DNA of 51,227 nucleotides, filler included, from Catajapyx aquilonaris (lineage: Eukaryota): assembly GCA_000934665.2 (NCBI GenBank). It is 3 parts of 3 records of this genome, joined end to end, with 100 filler letters (N's around TTAATTAATTAA, not from the genome) between each part and the next. Parts side by side here need not be neighbours in the genome. Positions count along the whole stretch, not along the records: positions 1 to 17,007 come from JYFJ02007057.1; positions 17,108 to 34,119 come from JYFJ02007058.1; 1 more part is not named here. One strand, written 5' to 3'. Shown in pieces: positions 13,701 to 21,993 of the stretch (the first letter of the stretch is position 1; every line of letters begins with the position of its first letter). Made by a program: the position numbers and the translations under genes. The notes under the pieces were generated by a model that was given only the letters and a program-made list of their open reading frames with translations, had not been told where the DNA came from and did no database searches.

Positions 13701-15744
13701 CCGAGCTTATAAAGCTCTCGTAAAAGTGAATTTCTGACCATTGACAATATGGCCCCATATTTTAAAACAGTGGTTTCCAACCTTTCTTGAGTCATGACCC
13801 CCTTTTATAATAGCCAAGTAACCTGCGACCCCCCCACCCCCAACAGTTGCGTAAAAATCCATTTTATAAGGTAAAGAAAACAAAATATTTCCATACCTTC
13901 ATAACATAGGCTACTTATTCGCGGCTGAGTGTTTCTTAATATAACAACAACCTAGTGACCCCCTGGAAAACCCTTCGCGACCCCCAAGGTTGGGGATCGC
14001 TGTTTTAAAGGCACATAATACCTGACCAATGCAAACTGACTTAATGCATGACATTGGTGTTCCTTTAAAAACTTACTCAATGCTGCCAATGTCAAATTCC
14101 TTAGCATGTAGATAGGCTTGCTGGTCACAATGTAACACAAAAAGGAGAGGTGCCAGGAGCTCATGCATACCCTGAAACAGAGACACAGTGGATCAGAACA
14201 GCAGTAGAGAAATTACCGTCCAGTGGACACCAACATATAGTAGCTCTTGCACCAAAACATTTTACCTATTCCATACTATTCAACATTATTTTGAGCTTTA
14301 TAGCAGGTTCCAGTAAACATGTAGAACTCTCAACACAACACTGCTTTGACTCTTGCCTGAAGTCAATAATTTATTTTGTTACCCTGGCTTAGGACTACAT
14401 AAATTATATTATTATTAGTATTTTTTATTATTTTTAAAAAATTATACCCCATTGGGAGAAACGGCTCTCCATTAGGGGGGTGGAGTACCACCATTGGATG
14501 GGGCGAAGGATAGGGAAGGAAGGAAGCAGCTGTGGCCTATTATACGGACACAACCTCAGAATTATCCTGGGGGGACTGTGGAAAACCACAGGAAACCACA
14601 GTCAGGGTTGCCGGCTCCGGGATTCAAACCCAGGACCTCCCTATTAGCAGTCAGGCTCCTTAACCACCACACCAACTTGCTTCGGTAGGACTACATAAAA
14701 TTCATTAATCAACCCAGAAGTGAGGCCAATTAAGGGTTCAGGTGGGAAATCAACTATTTAACAACCGGCTGGCAGCATCATAAGGCTTATTATTTGAGCA
14801 TTAGTTAAGGAAAAGTACAGAGTTAGCTATTTCTTAAGTACACACTCCATAGCCATTGTTAACTATTGTTCATGAGCTAGCCCTTAATAATAACCTCGCA
14901 GAAACCTCTTTTTACACAAAAACCAAATTCAAACTCAAGCTAATACCTGCTGGTATAAAATGGCAGGATTCTCCTTTCCATAGCAGAATAGAATACGGAC
15001 CATTATATCCTGAACATGGCTGAACTGAAAGAACTCTATTTCTGGGAAGGCACGAACCACATCTTGGCGAATCATCACCTTAACTTCATTGTCTTGGAAA
15101 TACTGATTCCATGAACTCTGTAACAAATAACATCAGTCAGAAAAAAAATAATACACTAATTAATTTAGTAACCCAAGCTAACCCCTTCTTCCTGAGAAAG
15201 TGGATTATCAAAGAAAATATCCGTTTTCCCCTTGACGGAGCGTGGATTGGCATTGTACTGTTGTTTTAAACTCTCATAATGAGCACGACCAGCTTGCAAG
15301 CATGAGAGCCAATGGCTTGGATCATCTGGAAGGCAGCCCAAATACACTCGCCAGCAAAGACTTCTCACAGGACTGCTACGTAGCTGACCTTCTAAGCCTA
15401 ATTGTCGAAGATTGGCTTTACAGCTGTTGTTGCTAAACAGGTTGTTCCATCTGTTCCTAAAATTGTAATAAACGTAAAGAGAGCGTAATTTTGGAAGACA
15501 TACATGTCCGCAACTAATTCCAAATGAAATACTGGTCACTCTATCATATTTTTAAATATCTTTATGCGTATAGCAGAGTTAATAATGCTACAATTTCTCC
15601 ACATCCAGCAAATGATGTGTCATAACAAACCAGTTGTAACAAACTGTCAGATTTCTAACATCCTCCTTCCATATACACTTACATATACTGCTTGGCAGCA
15701 GCTTTGTAGCTAGCATCTTTTGACTCGTCTTGTTCCTCATCCAT
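1512..15744 (-). CDS. TBC1D5: TBC1 domain family member 5 (Rab7 GTPase-activating protein, retromer-associated); spliced CDS of 12 exons, ~555 aa
   Basis: Exons 15744-15683, 15456-15183, 15117-14947, 14171-14077, 9305-9255, 9169-9061, 7073-6946, 6224-6082, 6003-5897, 5837-5644, 5584-5464 and 1724-1512 are GT-AG bounded and phase-compatible. They total 1668 nt with no internal stop. TBC motifs IRQDVVR (Arg finger) and YQQGMHELLAP (Gln finger) are present, plus TBC1D5-typical GQLRSS..RSLCW, DNPLSQ, LEHDAF, LEIAPQIYGIRWLRVLFGREFP and WDAIFAD. The start codon is uncertain because the exon is open further upstream. Confidence 0.93.
1859..2087. repeat. hairpin/MITE-like inverted repeat next to a hAT-like left end
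   Basis: Arms 1859-1924 and 2022-2087 are near-perfect reverse complements; CAGTGGTTCTCAAACTT at 1838 resembles hAT-Charlie termini. Confidence 0.65.
2968..3050 (+). mobile_element. SINE core fragment (V-domain-like)
   Basis: GTGGGTTTTCTCAGAGCTCTCCCAGTTCCCCCCAC; related to 7670-7710. Confidence 0.45.
3151..3758 (-). mobile_element. pogo/Tigger-type non-autonomous element
   Basis: TA|CAGGTAAAATCTCGTTACAACGAA ... TTCGCTAAAACAAGATCTTACTG|TA; internal minus-strand peptide PDEVTFHDFVAADDDVQVCQELTDSDIL resembles the pogo transposase acidic C-terminus. Confidence 0.75.
3764..4531. mobile_element. mariner-derived fold-back MITE
   Basis: Arms 3764-4069 and 4228-4531 are near-identical inverted repeats with TA flanks; the minus strand encodes a mariner N-terminal HTH (MADFSEADQHVVVRFLFLQGKS...WWVKEFKEGR). 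Confidence 0.92.
5464..5584 (-). CDS. TBC1D5: TBC1D5 exon
   Basis: FKTLSNMTLKSK...QTDHLP; ttttag / gtaagt. Confidence 0.75.
5644..5837 (-). CDS. TBC1D5: TBC1D5 exon
   Basis: KYPKPPAVVIPP...SLSTSSFSS; tttcag acceptor, weaker gtatat donor but phase fits the next exon. Confidence 0.8.
5897..6003 (-). CDS. TBC1D5: TBC1D5 exon
   Basis: QEGDFGSCLSLLMRFPSVSDVTQILDHALHMKEPE; ttacag / gtaaat. Confidence 0.92.
6082..6224 (-). CDS. TBC1D5: TBC1D5 exon
   Basis: RWLRVLFGREFPFQDLLLIWDAIFADSPQLELVDYVFVAMLMAIRHQ; ttttag / gtaagt. Confidence 0.95.
6946..7073 (-). CDS. TBC1D5: TBC1D5 exon
   Basis: DEWKASKVVQKLSMIQEQLLKHHDFQLCQFLDKLEIAPQIYG; ttgcag / gtaagt. Confidence 0.93.
7537..7712 (+). mobile_element. 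degenerate tRNA-derived SINE (V-domain-like core)
   Basis: Degenerate A/B boxes (TGGAGTAGTGG...AATTCAATTCC) followed by GTGGGTTTTTCAGGGTTCTCCCACTTCCCCTCAC. Confidence 0.5.
8267..8506. mobile_element. MITE with ACCTTGGGGGAAG termini
   Basis: Terminal inverted repeats; homologous copy in opposite orientation at 41566-41786. Confidence 0.75.
9061..9169 (-). CDS. TBC1D5: TBC1D5 exon
   Basis: MLFSYLMKTVESYY...SKY; tcacag / gtgagt. Confidence 0.88.
9255..9305 (-). CDS. TBC1D5: TBC1D5 51-nt exon
   Basis: QIIGDILADQFLEHDAF; ttgcag / gtaagt. Confidence 0.9.
9660..11329 (-). mobile_element. Tc1-family transposon with long (~240 bp) TIRs, degenerate transposase
   Basis: TA flanks; inverted arms ~9660-9905 and ~11095-11329; minus-strand fragments MGGGKPIPPEVHKVIW (HTH), VIFQQD and LDLNPIE (DD34E-type motif) with frameshifts; ~1.67 kb. 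Confidence 0.88.
13768..14002. mobile_element. hAT (Charlie-like) MITE
   Basis: CAGTGGTTTCCAACCT ... AGGTTGGGGATCGCTG with 8-bp TSD TTTTAAAA/TTTTAAAG. Confidence 0.8.
14077..14171 (-). CDS. TBC1D5: TBC1D5 exon
   Basis: GMHELLAPLLFVLHCDQQAYLHAKE; tttcag / gtaagt. Confidence 0.95.
14404..14686 (-). mobile_element. tRNA-derived SINE
   Basis: Same family as 44304-44657; direct repeat AGGACTACATAAA at 14391-14403 and 14687-14699 (TSD). Confidence 0.9.
14947..15117 (-). CDS. TBC1D5: TBC1D5 exon with Arg finger
   Basis: SSWNQYFQD...IRQDVVRAFPE...LYQQ; ttacag / gtatta. Confidence 0.95.
15183..15456 (-). CDS. TBC1D5: TBC1D5 exon
   Basis: NRWNNLFSNN...GQLRSSPVRSLCWRVYLGCLP...DNPLSQEEG; ttttag acceptor, gttagc donor. 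Confidence 0.93.
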
Positions 15745-15812
15745 AGCAACTTCTTCAATCGCTTCCTGTCCAACGGTTACATCTCCACTGTCTGCATCTG
15801 CAGCAATGCAGC
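15683..15812 (-). CDS. TBC1D5: TBC1D5 first recognisable exon (contains candidate ATG at 15744)
   Basis: ttctag acceptor and AT|gtaagt donor; reads CIAADADSGDVTVGQEAIEEVAMDEEQDESKDASYKAAAKQY, in phase with the next exon. Confidence 0.7.
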
Positions 15813-16327
15813 CTAGAAATTGAGAACATTTTGAATAGAGTGCAACAAGTTAACACCTTTTGTGGAAAACAGACATCGGAAAAAGTATTTCAGGTGGTGG
15901 TGCAACAGATGAATGTGACTGAGGACCAGATCAGGATTTCAAATGGAGTAGTTGCTATTCAAGTCAAATTCTTGGATTACAACTAGAATCTTACTAATCC
16001 ACAATATTTCTTCACATCTTCAAGTTCTTCATTAGTAAATTTCTTCTGCACTCTTCAACTACTACATTTTGATCCTTCTGTGCTGATAGATGAGCAGAAT
16101 GTGAAGAGGACACTACTATTAACTTAGCTGGACACCACCAAGGATTAGATTGTTATATCCACTGAGCAGGCAGCACTAACACCGCACCTCCGCGAAACGA
16201 AACCCGGACATAATTTCTAACAATAAAATACCAACAGACCAAAATCCCGAGAACTGAAATACCTACAGGCCACAATACCAACACTGCCATAATACCTCCT
16301 GGTCAAAATACCTACACTTCCCTATAC

Positions 16328-16619
16328 GACCACGGAAATTCCGATTGCTTTTGCCCAATTGAAGGAAAAATTTCCAGAGGATACAAGTGGCCTAGTGGCC
16401 TAGTGCAGTATTTTGAAGAAACCTATGTTCTTGCTACTATGGCTTCGATGAATTCTTAGAAACGAATTTGAGTACACATCAGCCCCTACTTATCCCCAAG
16501 CTCTGTGGTCTCTCCACAGCAATGGAGACATACCGTGTACATCGAACAACATGGAAGCCATTCATCATTGATGGGAAATAATTGTAGGAGGTTCACATGT
16601 GGGCCTCCACTATTTCATT
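16328..16619 (+). pseudogene. Mutator/MULE-like transposase remnant
   Basis: EIPIAFAQLKEKFP...QYFEETYV...PTYPQALWS...PCTSNNMEAIHH*WEIIVGGSHVGL follows the MULE pattern YFE.TY / P.FPP..WS / PRTNN..E.WH; stops and frameshifts present. Confidence 0.7.
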
Positions 16620-16742
16620 AACCCTTTGTCTCCCACTGGATTCTGCACTCTTTGGGTGGGGGTTTTAAAATAGCACCCTAGGTGAAAATCACTGGATCTA
16701 GCACCATTGGTTTCACTCTATTCCTGTCCTGTATATTGTCAC

Positions 16743-16805
16743 GGTCCGGACAAAATTGCGTCGCGGTCCGGATCCGGACCGCGGTCCGCCAGTTGAATAT
16801 CCCTG
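16743..16805. mobile_element. hAT-like right terminus
   Basis: GCGGTCCGGATCCGGACCGCGGTCCGCCAGTTGAATATCCCTG. Confidence 0.55.
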
Positions 16806-17007
16806 GCCTAGTCCCTCTGATAAATTATGGAAACATTAAGTGTCTGCTTAAAAATTTTAAAGGTCCAGTTTAAATGGAGGCAATGCGAGCCACCAGGTGC
16901 AGAAAAGGTTGCTCAGGTGGCAAGCGGCCACCGCTCGAAGCAGTCCGCCCGGCCAATTACGAGCGAGGACACTTTTTAAGGCCGAAATGGTGGGTGGGGT
17001 GGGGTGG

Positions 17008-17107
17008 NNNNNNNNNNNNNNNNNNNNNNNNNNNNNNNNNNNNNNNNNNNNTTAATTAATTAANNNNNNNNNNNNNNNNNNNNNNNNNNNNNNNNNNNNN
17101 NNNNNNN
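17008..17107. other. artificial contig linker
   Basis: 44 N + TTAATTAATTAA (stop codons in all six frames) + 44 N. Confidence 0.97.
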
Positions 17108-17349
17108 GGTTTGAACCCAGCCGAGGTCGGTGACAATTCTCCGGGTGGTAGAAAAGTGAGAGTGCGCCTTCCTTTGGAGGGGAAGTAAAGCCGTCGGTCC
17201 CGTGCGCTTGTGACATTGCACGAGTGCATGTTAAAGATCCCCAGAGTGGCCAAATATCCAGGAGGGGGAGGAGGACCCCCTGGCGTCGGTGTTGAGCCTA
17301 GCGGCAGAAATAGACCGACGTTAAGCCCCCACTAATGTATGTATGTATG
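17108..17349 (+). mobile_element. tRNA-derived SINE (Deu-domain-like), 5' end cut by gap
   Basis: B box GGTTTGAACCC, core GGAAGTAAAGCCGTCGGTCCC...TAAAGATCCC, end GACGTTAAGCCCCC followed by an (ATGT)n tail. Confidence 0.7.
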
Positions 17350-17888
17350 ATTGGGTTTCAACCACTTCTAGTAACTGAAAAAAATTATCCAAAAAAAGCC
17401 CCATTTCTAAACTTGCGCGATTTTTTCCTTCCCCATGGTATTTCGCAATTTGTCTGAAACTTGATATGCAGTGTTATGGCATAGGTGTCAATTTTTAAAC
17501 CGAAATCCGAGATGATCTAGTAACATTTAGGCCCACTTGATTGGGAATAAACCCTATATTGAGGATTTTTGTCTTTTGACTGTCACGAGGCCAAAAACAA
17601 ATTGCAGACAAAATCAATGGTCATTATGCATTATGATTGACCTAAGGAACATGGAACTAGCGATGAATTTCCATGGACAGAAAAAATGTTATTTTGGCTT
17701 GGGTGCAGTTTAGAGCCGCAAAAATCTTGTAGGTTTCTATACATTTTCTGAATCTACTCGATGAGCTGAGTCGAATGACCCTATCCCTAGTGTGCGGAAA
17801 TGTGTGGTTCAAGAGTAATTGAATTTTGAAATTGCATGCAATAACAATGAATAAAATGAAAATAAACAAGTGTTCCTTTGTTGAGACT

Positions 17889-18570
17889 GTTCACTCCCAT
17901 TGTTGCGTCAGGTGATTCTCCGTGGAAACGTCAGAAATTCCGGGGAGATTCCATGGAAACGTGCTGTGAGGGATGCTGAATGATGTAAATAAACGGTTGT
18001 TCTTGATTCGTTGGACATAGAACGAGAGTGTAGGAGTTTAATTTTAACATCATTCAGGAGCGTCCATGGCCGAGGCATTGCATCGGTGCTTATCAGGAAT
18101 AATTGGGCAAGCCTTCCTGGAAGTAATTAGGGAGGTTGCTTGGTATCTCCTGGGCCACTGCTCGAGGCCTCTTGCCCGTCAACAAGTGTTGCCGTAAAAT
18201 GAATCCTAAGCTTTTACTCAAGGCATGCCCCACTCTGATTGTGTTGGTGTTATCTGTGAGGCGTTGGTGTGACCGCACCAGTACTGTCCGTCTTGTGGCC
18301 CCGCCAGGCACGGTACGTCGCCTGTGCGTGATTTTTTGGTTTTTGCGGAGCGATAGCAGAGCTGGGCGCTTATTGTGGGTTTCTGTATCCGCAACATTTA
18401 CTGTCCGTCTTGTGGCGCCGCAGGCCAACGAACGTTATTGTGGCTTTGCCACATCCGCAACACCCACATCTACGCCACCACAAGGCGGACAGTATTTCTG
18501 CGAACACACAACCCCCAAACTACGTTTAAAATTACCATGGATATTCATTCACTCAACAATGGGAGTAAAC
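17889..18570. repeat. unclassified element with short TIRs and internal sub-repeats
   Basis: GTTCACTCCCATTGTTG / CAACAATGGGAGTAAAC inverted ends; ACTGTCCGTCTTGTGGC repeats and CCAACGAACGTTATTGTGGCTTTG shared with 37915-38330. Confidence 0.55.
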
Positions 18571-20228
18571 TGTGAAGACTTTTGCGGCTCTAAACTGCAC
18601 CCTTACCATAATTTTTGTTGCAAGTGTAATCAACCACCCTCATCCCCTTCCATTGATCACTCATGATATCAGGTAGTGGTTCTGTCCGGGGGGGGGGGGG
18701 GGGGGGGNAGAAAAATGCAAAATGCAGTCGTCAAGGTCCGCCACCTTTGATGGTTTTGGCTGCCATGGCAATACACGGCAATAACAATTTACTTACACAT
18801 TTTCCAATCTATAATATTAAAATGCTTGCGTTGCTTGGCCGAGCCCTCTGATTGGTCCGCCCCCGTATTGTTGCCGCCACCTCTTCCCATTGGCCCCCGT
18901 CCATTGTTGCTGCGTCGTATCCATGACGCATTGTTACCACGACGCCTCCGATTGGCCCCCGTTCCGAGCATGCGCAATGGATGGGAGAACGCCTCAGTCG
19001 CTTGCTGGACGTCAACGAGGACTCATCATTCTCCTCTCCCGTGAAGACCCCTCATCTACCCTTCCACCTACCCTTCTACCCACGTCTTATTCACGGTGAC
19101 CTCACAACAGAGGAGGGAGAAAACAATGGAAGCCGTAAACAAGCCGAACACTGGACTACGGTCGATCGTTGTCTTAATATCAGTGCAGTGGTGCCAAACT
19201 GCCAACTCCGTGGACGTTTATAAAGCAAAATATAATTTCAGTTTTTTAAAGAAGGTCAACCTCCTGTCAACACCGCAGGGAGAGTTTGTAAGCAGGATTG
19301 GCTGCTATATTCAACACTGAACCCGGGAATACGTCGAGAATATCAAAAGAAATTGTCGGGAAGAATAATGAAATCAGTACTTGATCGTCTTTCTGCAGAG
19401 TTCCATGGATGTTTATAATAAAGGGGAGTTATGATTATGAGCAGTTACAAAACCTGGTCGGGAAGTGTGCATAATATAATTTAGATACGTGTGTGCGATG
19501 AGTGCATGCGAGTAGAGGCGGTAGAGGATGTGAATTTCTGTTCGTACAATAATTTATTGGGGGTTTTTAAAATTCCAGAGGAATTGGTATGTTGAGGTGA
19601 GCAAATGCATGCAGAGTATTTCCCAGCCAATGCAATGCAAAGGTGGGATTTCAGACGGTCCACAAGGTAGTACGGAATCGTGGATAACAGTTCAGAATCA
19701 CGGACGGAGGAAAGGGGTGGGGTGGGAGTACACATATGATTGGGTGATGGGCATCATCACTGGCTATAAGTCGGAAGCGATTTAAAATGCGGGATGCACC
19801 GCAGGCGTAGAAAAACGCAAGCGAAGCGAGCGGTTTTCTACGCCTGTGCCCTAGAAAAATTCGAGCGGAGCGAGGGTTTTTCTAGTATCGAATTCAAATT
19901 GCGCGTGTTCTTGCCATGTAGTTGCCATGGCCGCCAAAACCATCAAAGATGGCGGACCCTATTTTTGCCTGTACCCTATTTACACCTCGTTGGCGTACCA
20001 CACACTTCAAAATGGCCGCCAGACTTGGCAACGCCCTATAAACAGAGAGACGCGAACATCAAAGGGGCCGACAGAAGTTTGCGCCTCTTATGTAGTACAT
20101 GCTCCTTGACTGTACTATGATAACCTCCCAAGGGTCCAGACTTTACGGGCACCCTGTACTGAGGGAACATGTTTACATAAACGATCACGTGGGAGCAACC
20201 AAGGTTGTGTTAATTCATGTTTACTCAC

Positions 20229-20336
20229 TGGCCCCTGTGAGCTGGGAGGAGGCAGCGGCGGCGCCACAGGAGGTGGGAGCTGCTGCGGCTGCGGCACAGG
20301 CCCCTGAGCTGCTGGAGACTGTGGCTCCGATCTTGC
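20229..20336 (-). CDS. putative symmetric exon of uncharacterised Pro/Ala/Gln-rich gene
   Basis: tcacag|ARSEPQSPAAQGPVPQPQQLPPPVAPPLPPPSSQGP|gtgagt; 108 nt; GC-rich island in AT-rich flanks. Confidence 0.6.
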
Positions 20337-21571
20337 CTGTGACAGTAATTGAAGAAGGTAAATTTGATTAATGTTAAGTTACACAAAGAATGGCCGCAAA
20401 AGTATCACATCTGCAAGCTGACACTGCATAAGACATTGCTATACGTGGAGAATATTATTTTAATTTGGACCCCTCTGATTATTTTACTGCTCCTGATTTT
20501 GCCCCCCTCACTTCCCCTAGTTTTATAGTTATTTTATGGAGCAACTTCCCAGCTGCCCAATCTCTCTTTTTTCGCCTGAACTGCCAATGATATGAACAAA
20601 TGATAAGACTAGTTATAATGCTCTACCATTTCGTATTACACACACTTCTGAGTTACACAACCATAGTTATCGGATACAAAACGGGGCAATGCAGAATCCA
20701 GCAAAGAGTTGCATTGAAATCGGCCAGAACGGCCAGAAAACTTAAATGAACATAGACTTAGATAACATTAGAGTGTAGCTAGCATGGCAATCATACCACT
20801 TTAAATTTAATGTGGCGAAAATTATTGAATCTAACTTTTTCTCTCCAACCATTCCTAAAGAACTATTGCTTCTGCCAAGTACAGGGGCTTTTAATTTCAA
20901 TCCCCTTACCACAATAAATGAACATATGTTATTAAAAGTGAAGGGCATATTAAAGATTCTTTAATACAGCAGTTCTGAAACTGTGCTCCGCAAAGAGGTT
21001 GGAAAAAATTACGTAAATAAAATTAATGCGACGAGATCTCAAAATTATTGTGAATTTGTGCTGCTATGTGTAACTGATAGGTAGGCCTATGTGTTGGGTG
21101 GAAATATTATTTAACTCCCACTTGATGCTGCGAACCCAAGGTGAATCTGAGTAGATAGCAATTATTACAGATCGAAATGCGCATGTCAAATGAATAAATC
21201 TCTTTAAAAACATTGTTTTTTACCTTCAACTATGTACAATTTAATTATAGTATCGAAACTTGTCTAATTTTAATGATAAAATTGTAAGAAAATATAGCAT
21301 GATTTAAAATGAGATCGGGACATGCCAAGAATAGTGATTTTAGGCCCTTAGACATTTTTTTGCAGTAAAACTTAACTTAATATTTTCTTTGTTTTCATGA
21401 GGATGGCTAGGCGTCAACTGCTTCTACAAATGTTTAAAAACCAACTCTCTCAGTCAAGCTATTTTTGAGTTATTATGCCGGGACATGGTATTGGTAAGTT
21501 TTTGGAGAATCAACCTTACATAAACGATCACTTGGAGCAACCAAGGTTGTGTTAATTCACTGTTTACTCAC

Positions 21572-21742
21572 TGGCCCCTGCCCAGGTGGACCCTGCTGCC
21601 ACGGCCTCTCCGGCTGGCAAATCCAGTCTAGCTGCCAGAGCCTTTTTTGTGGCTGCTGGCGCTCAGGCCGCCAGAGCTCATCTGCATGTCGCTGAGGCTG
21701 GTGCTGCGGCGCCTGCGGCTGGTGCTGCTGCTCAGGTTGAGC
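21572..21742 (-). CDS. putative symmetric exon, paralog of 20229-20336
   Basis: tcgcag|AQPEQQHQPQ...WQQGPPGQGP|gtgagt; 171 nt. Confidence 0.6.
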
Positions 21743-21993
21743 CTGCGATTCCAATGGAAGAAGGTTGAGTAATGAAAAGGGATGGCCACAAAAAGTGACA
21801 CATCTGCAAGCCGCAGCTGACACTGCATGGGACATTGCTATAAGTGGAGAATATTATTTTAATTTGGGTCCCTCTGAATATTTTACTGCTCCATATTTTG
21901 CCCCCAACACTTCCCCCTAGTTTTCTAGTTATTTTAGGGAGCAACTTCCCAGCTGCCCAATCTCTCTTTTTTCGCCTGAACTGCCAATGATAT

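Noticed and set aside
18136..18666. 176-aa plus-strand ORF
   Set aside because: Runs through internal repeats of a repeat family; no domain recognised; non-ATG start.
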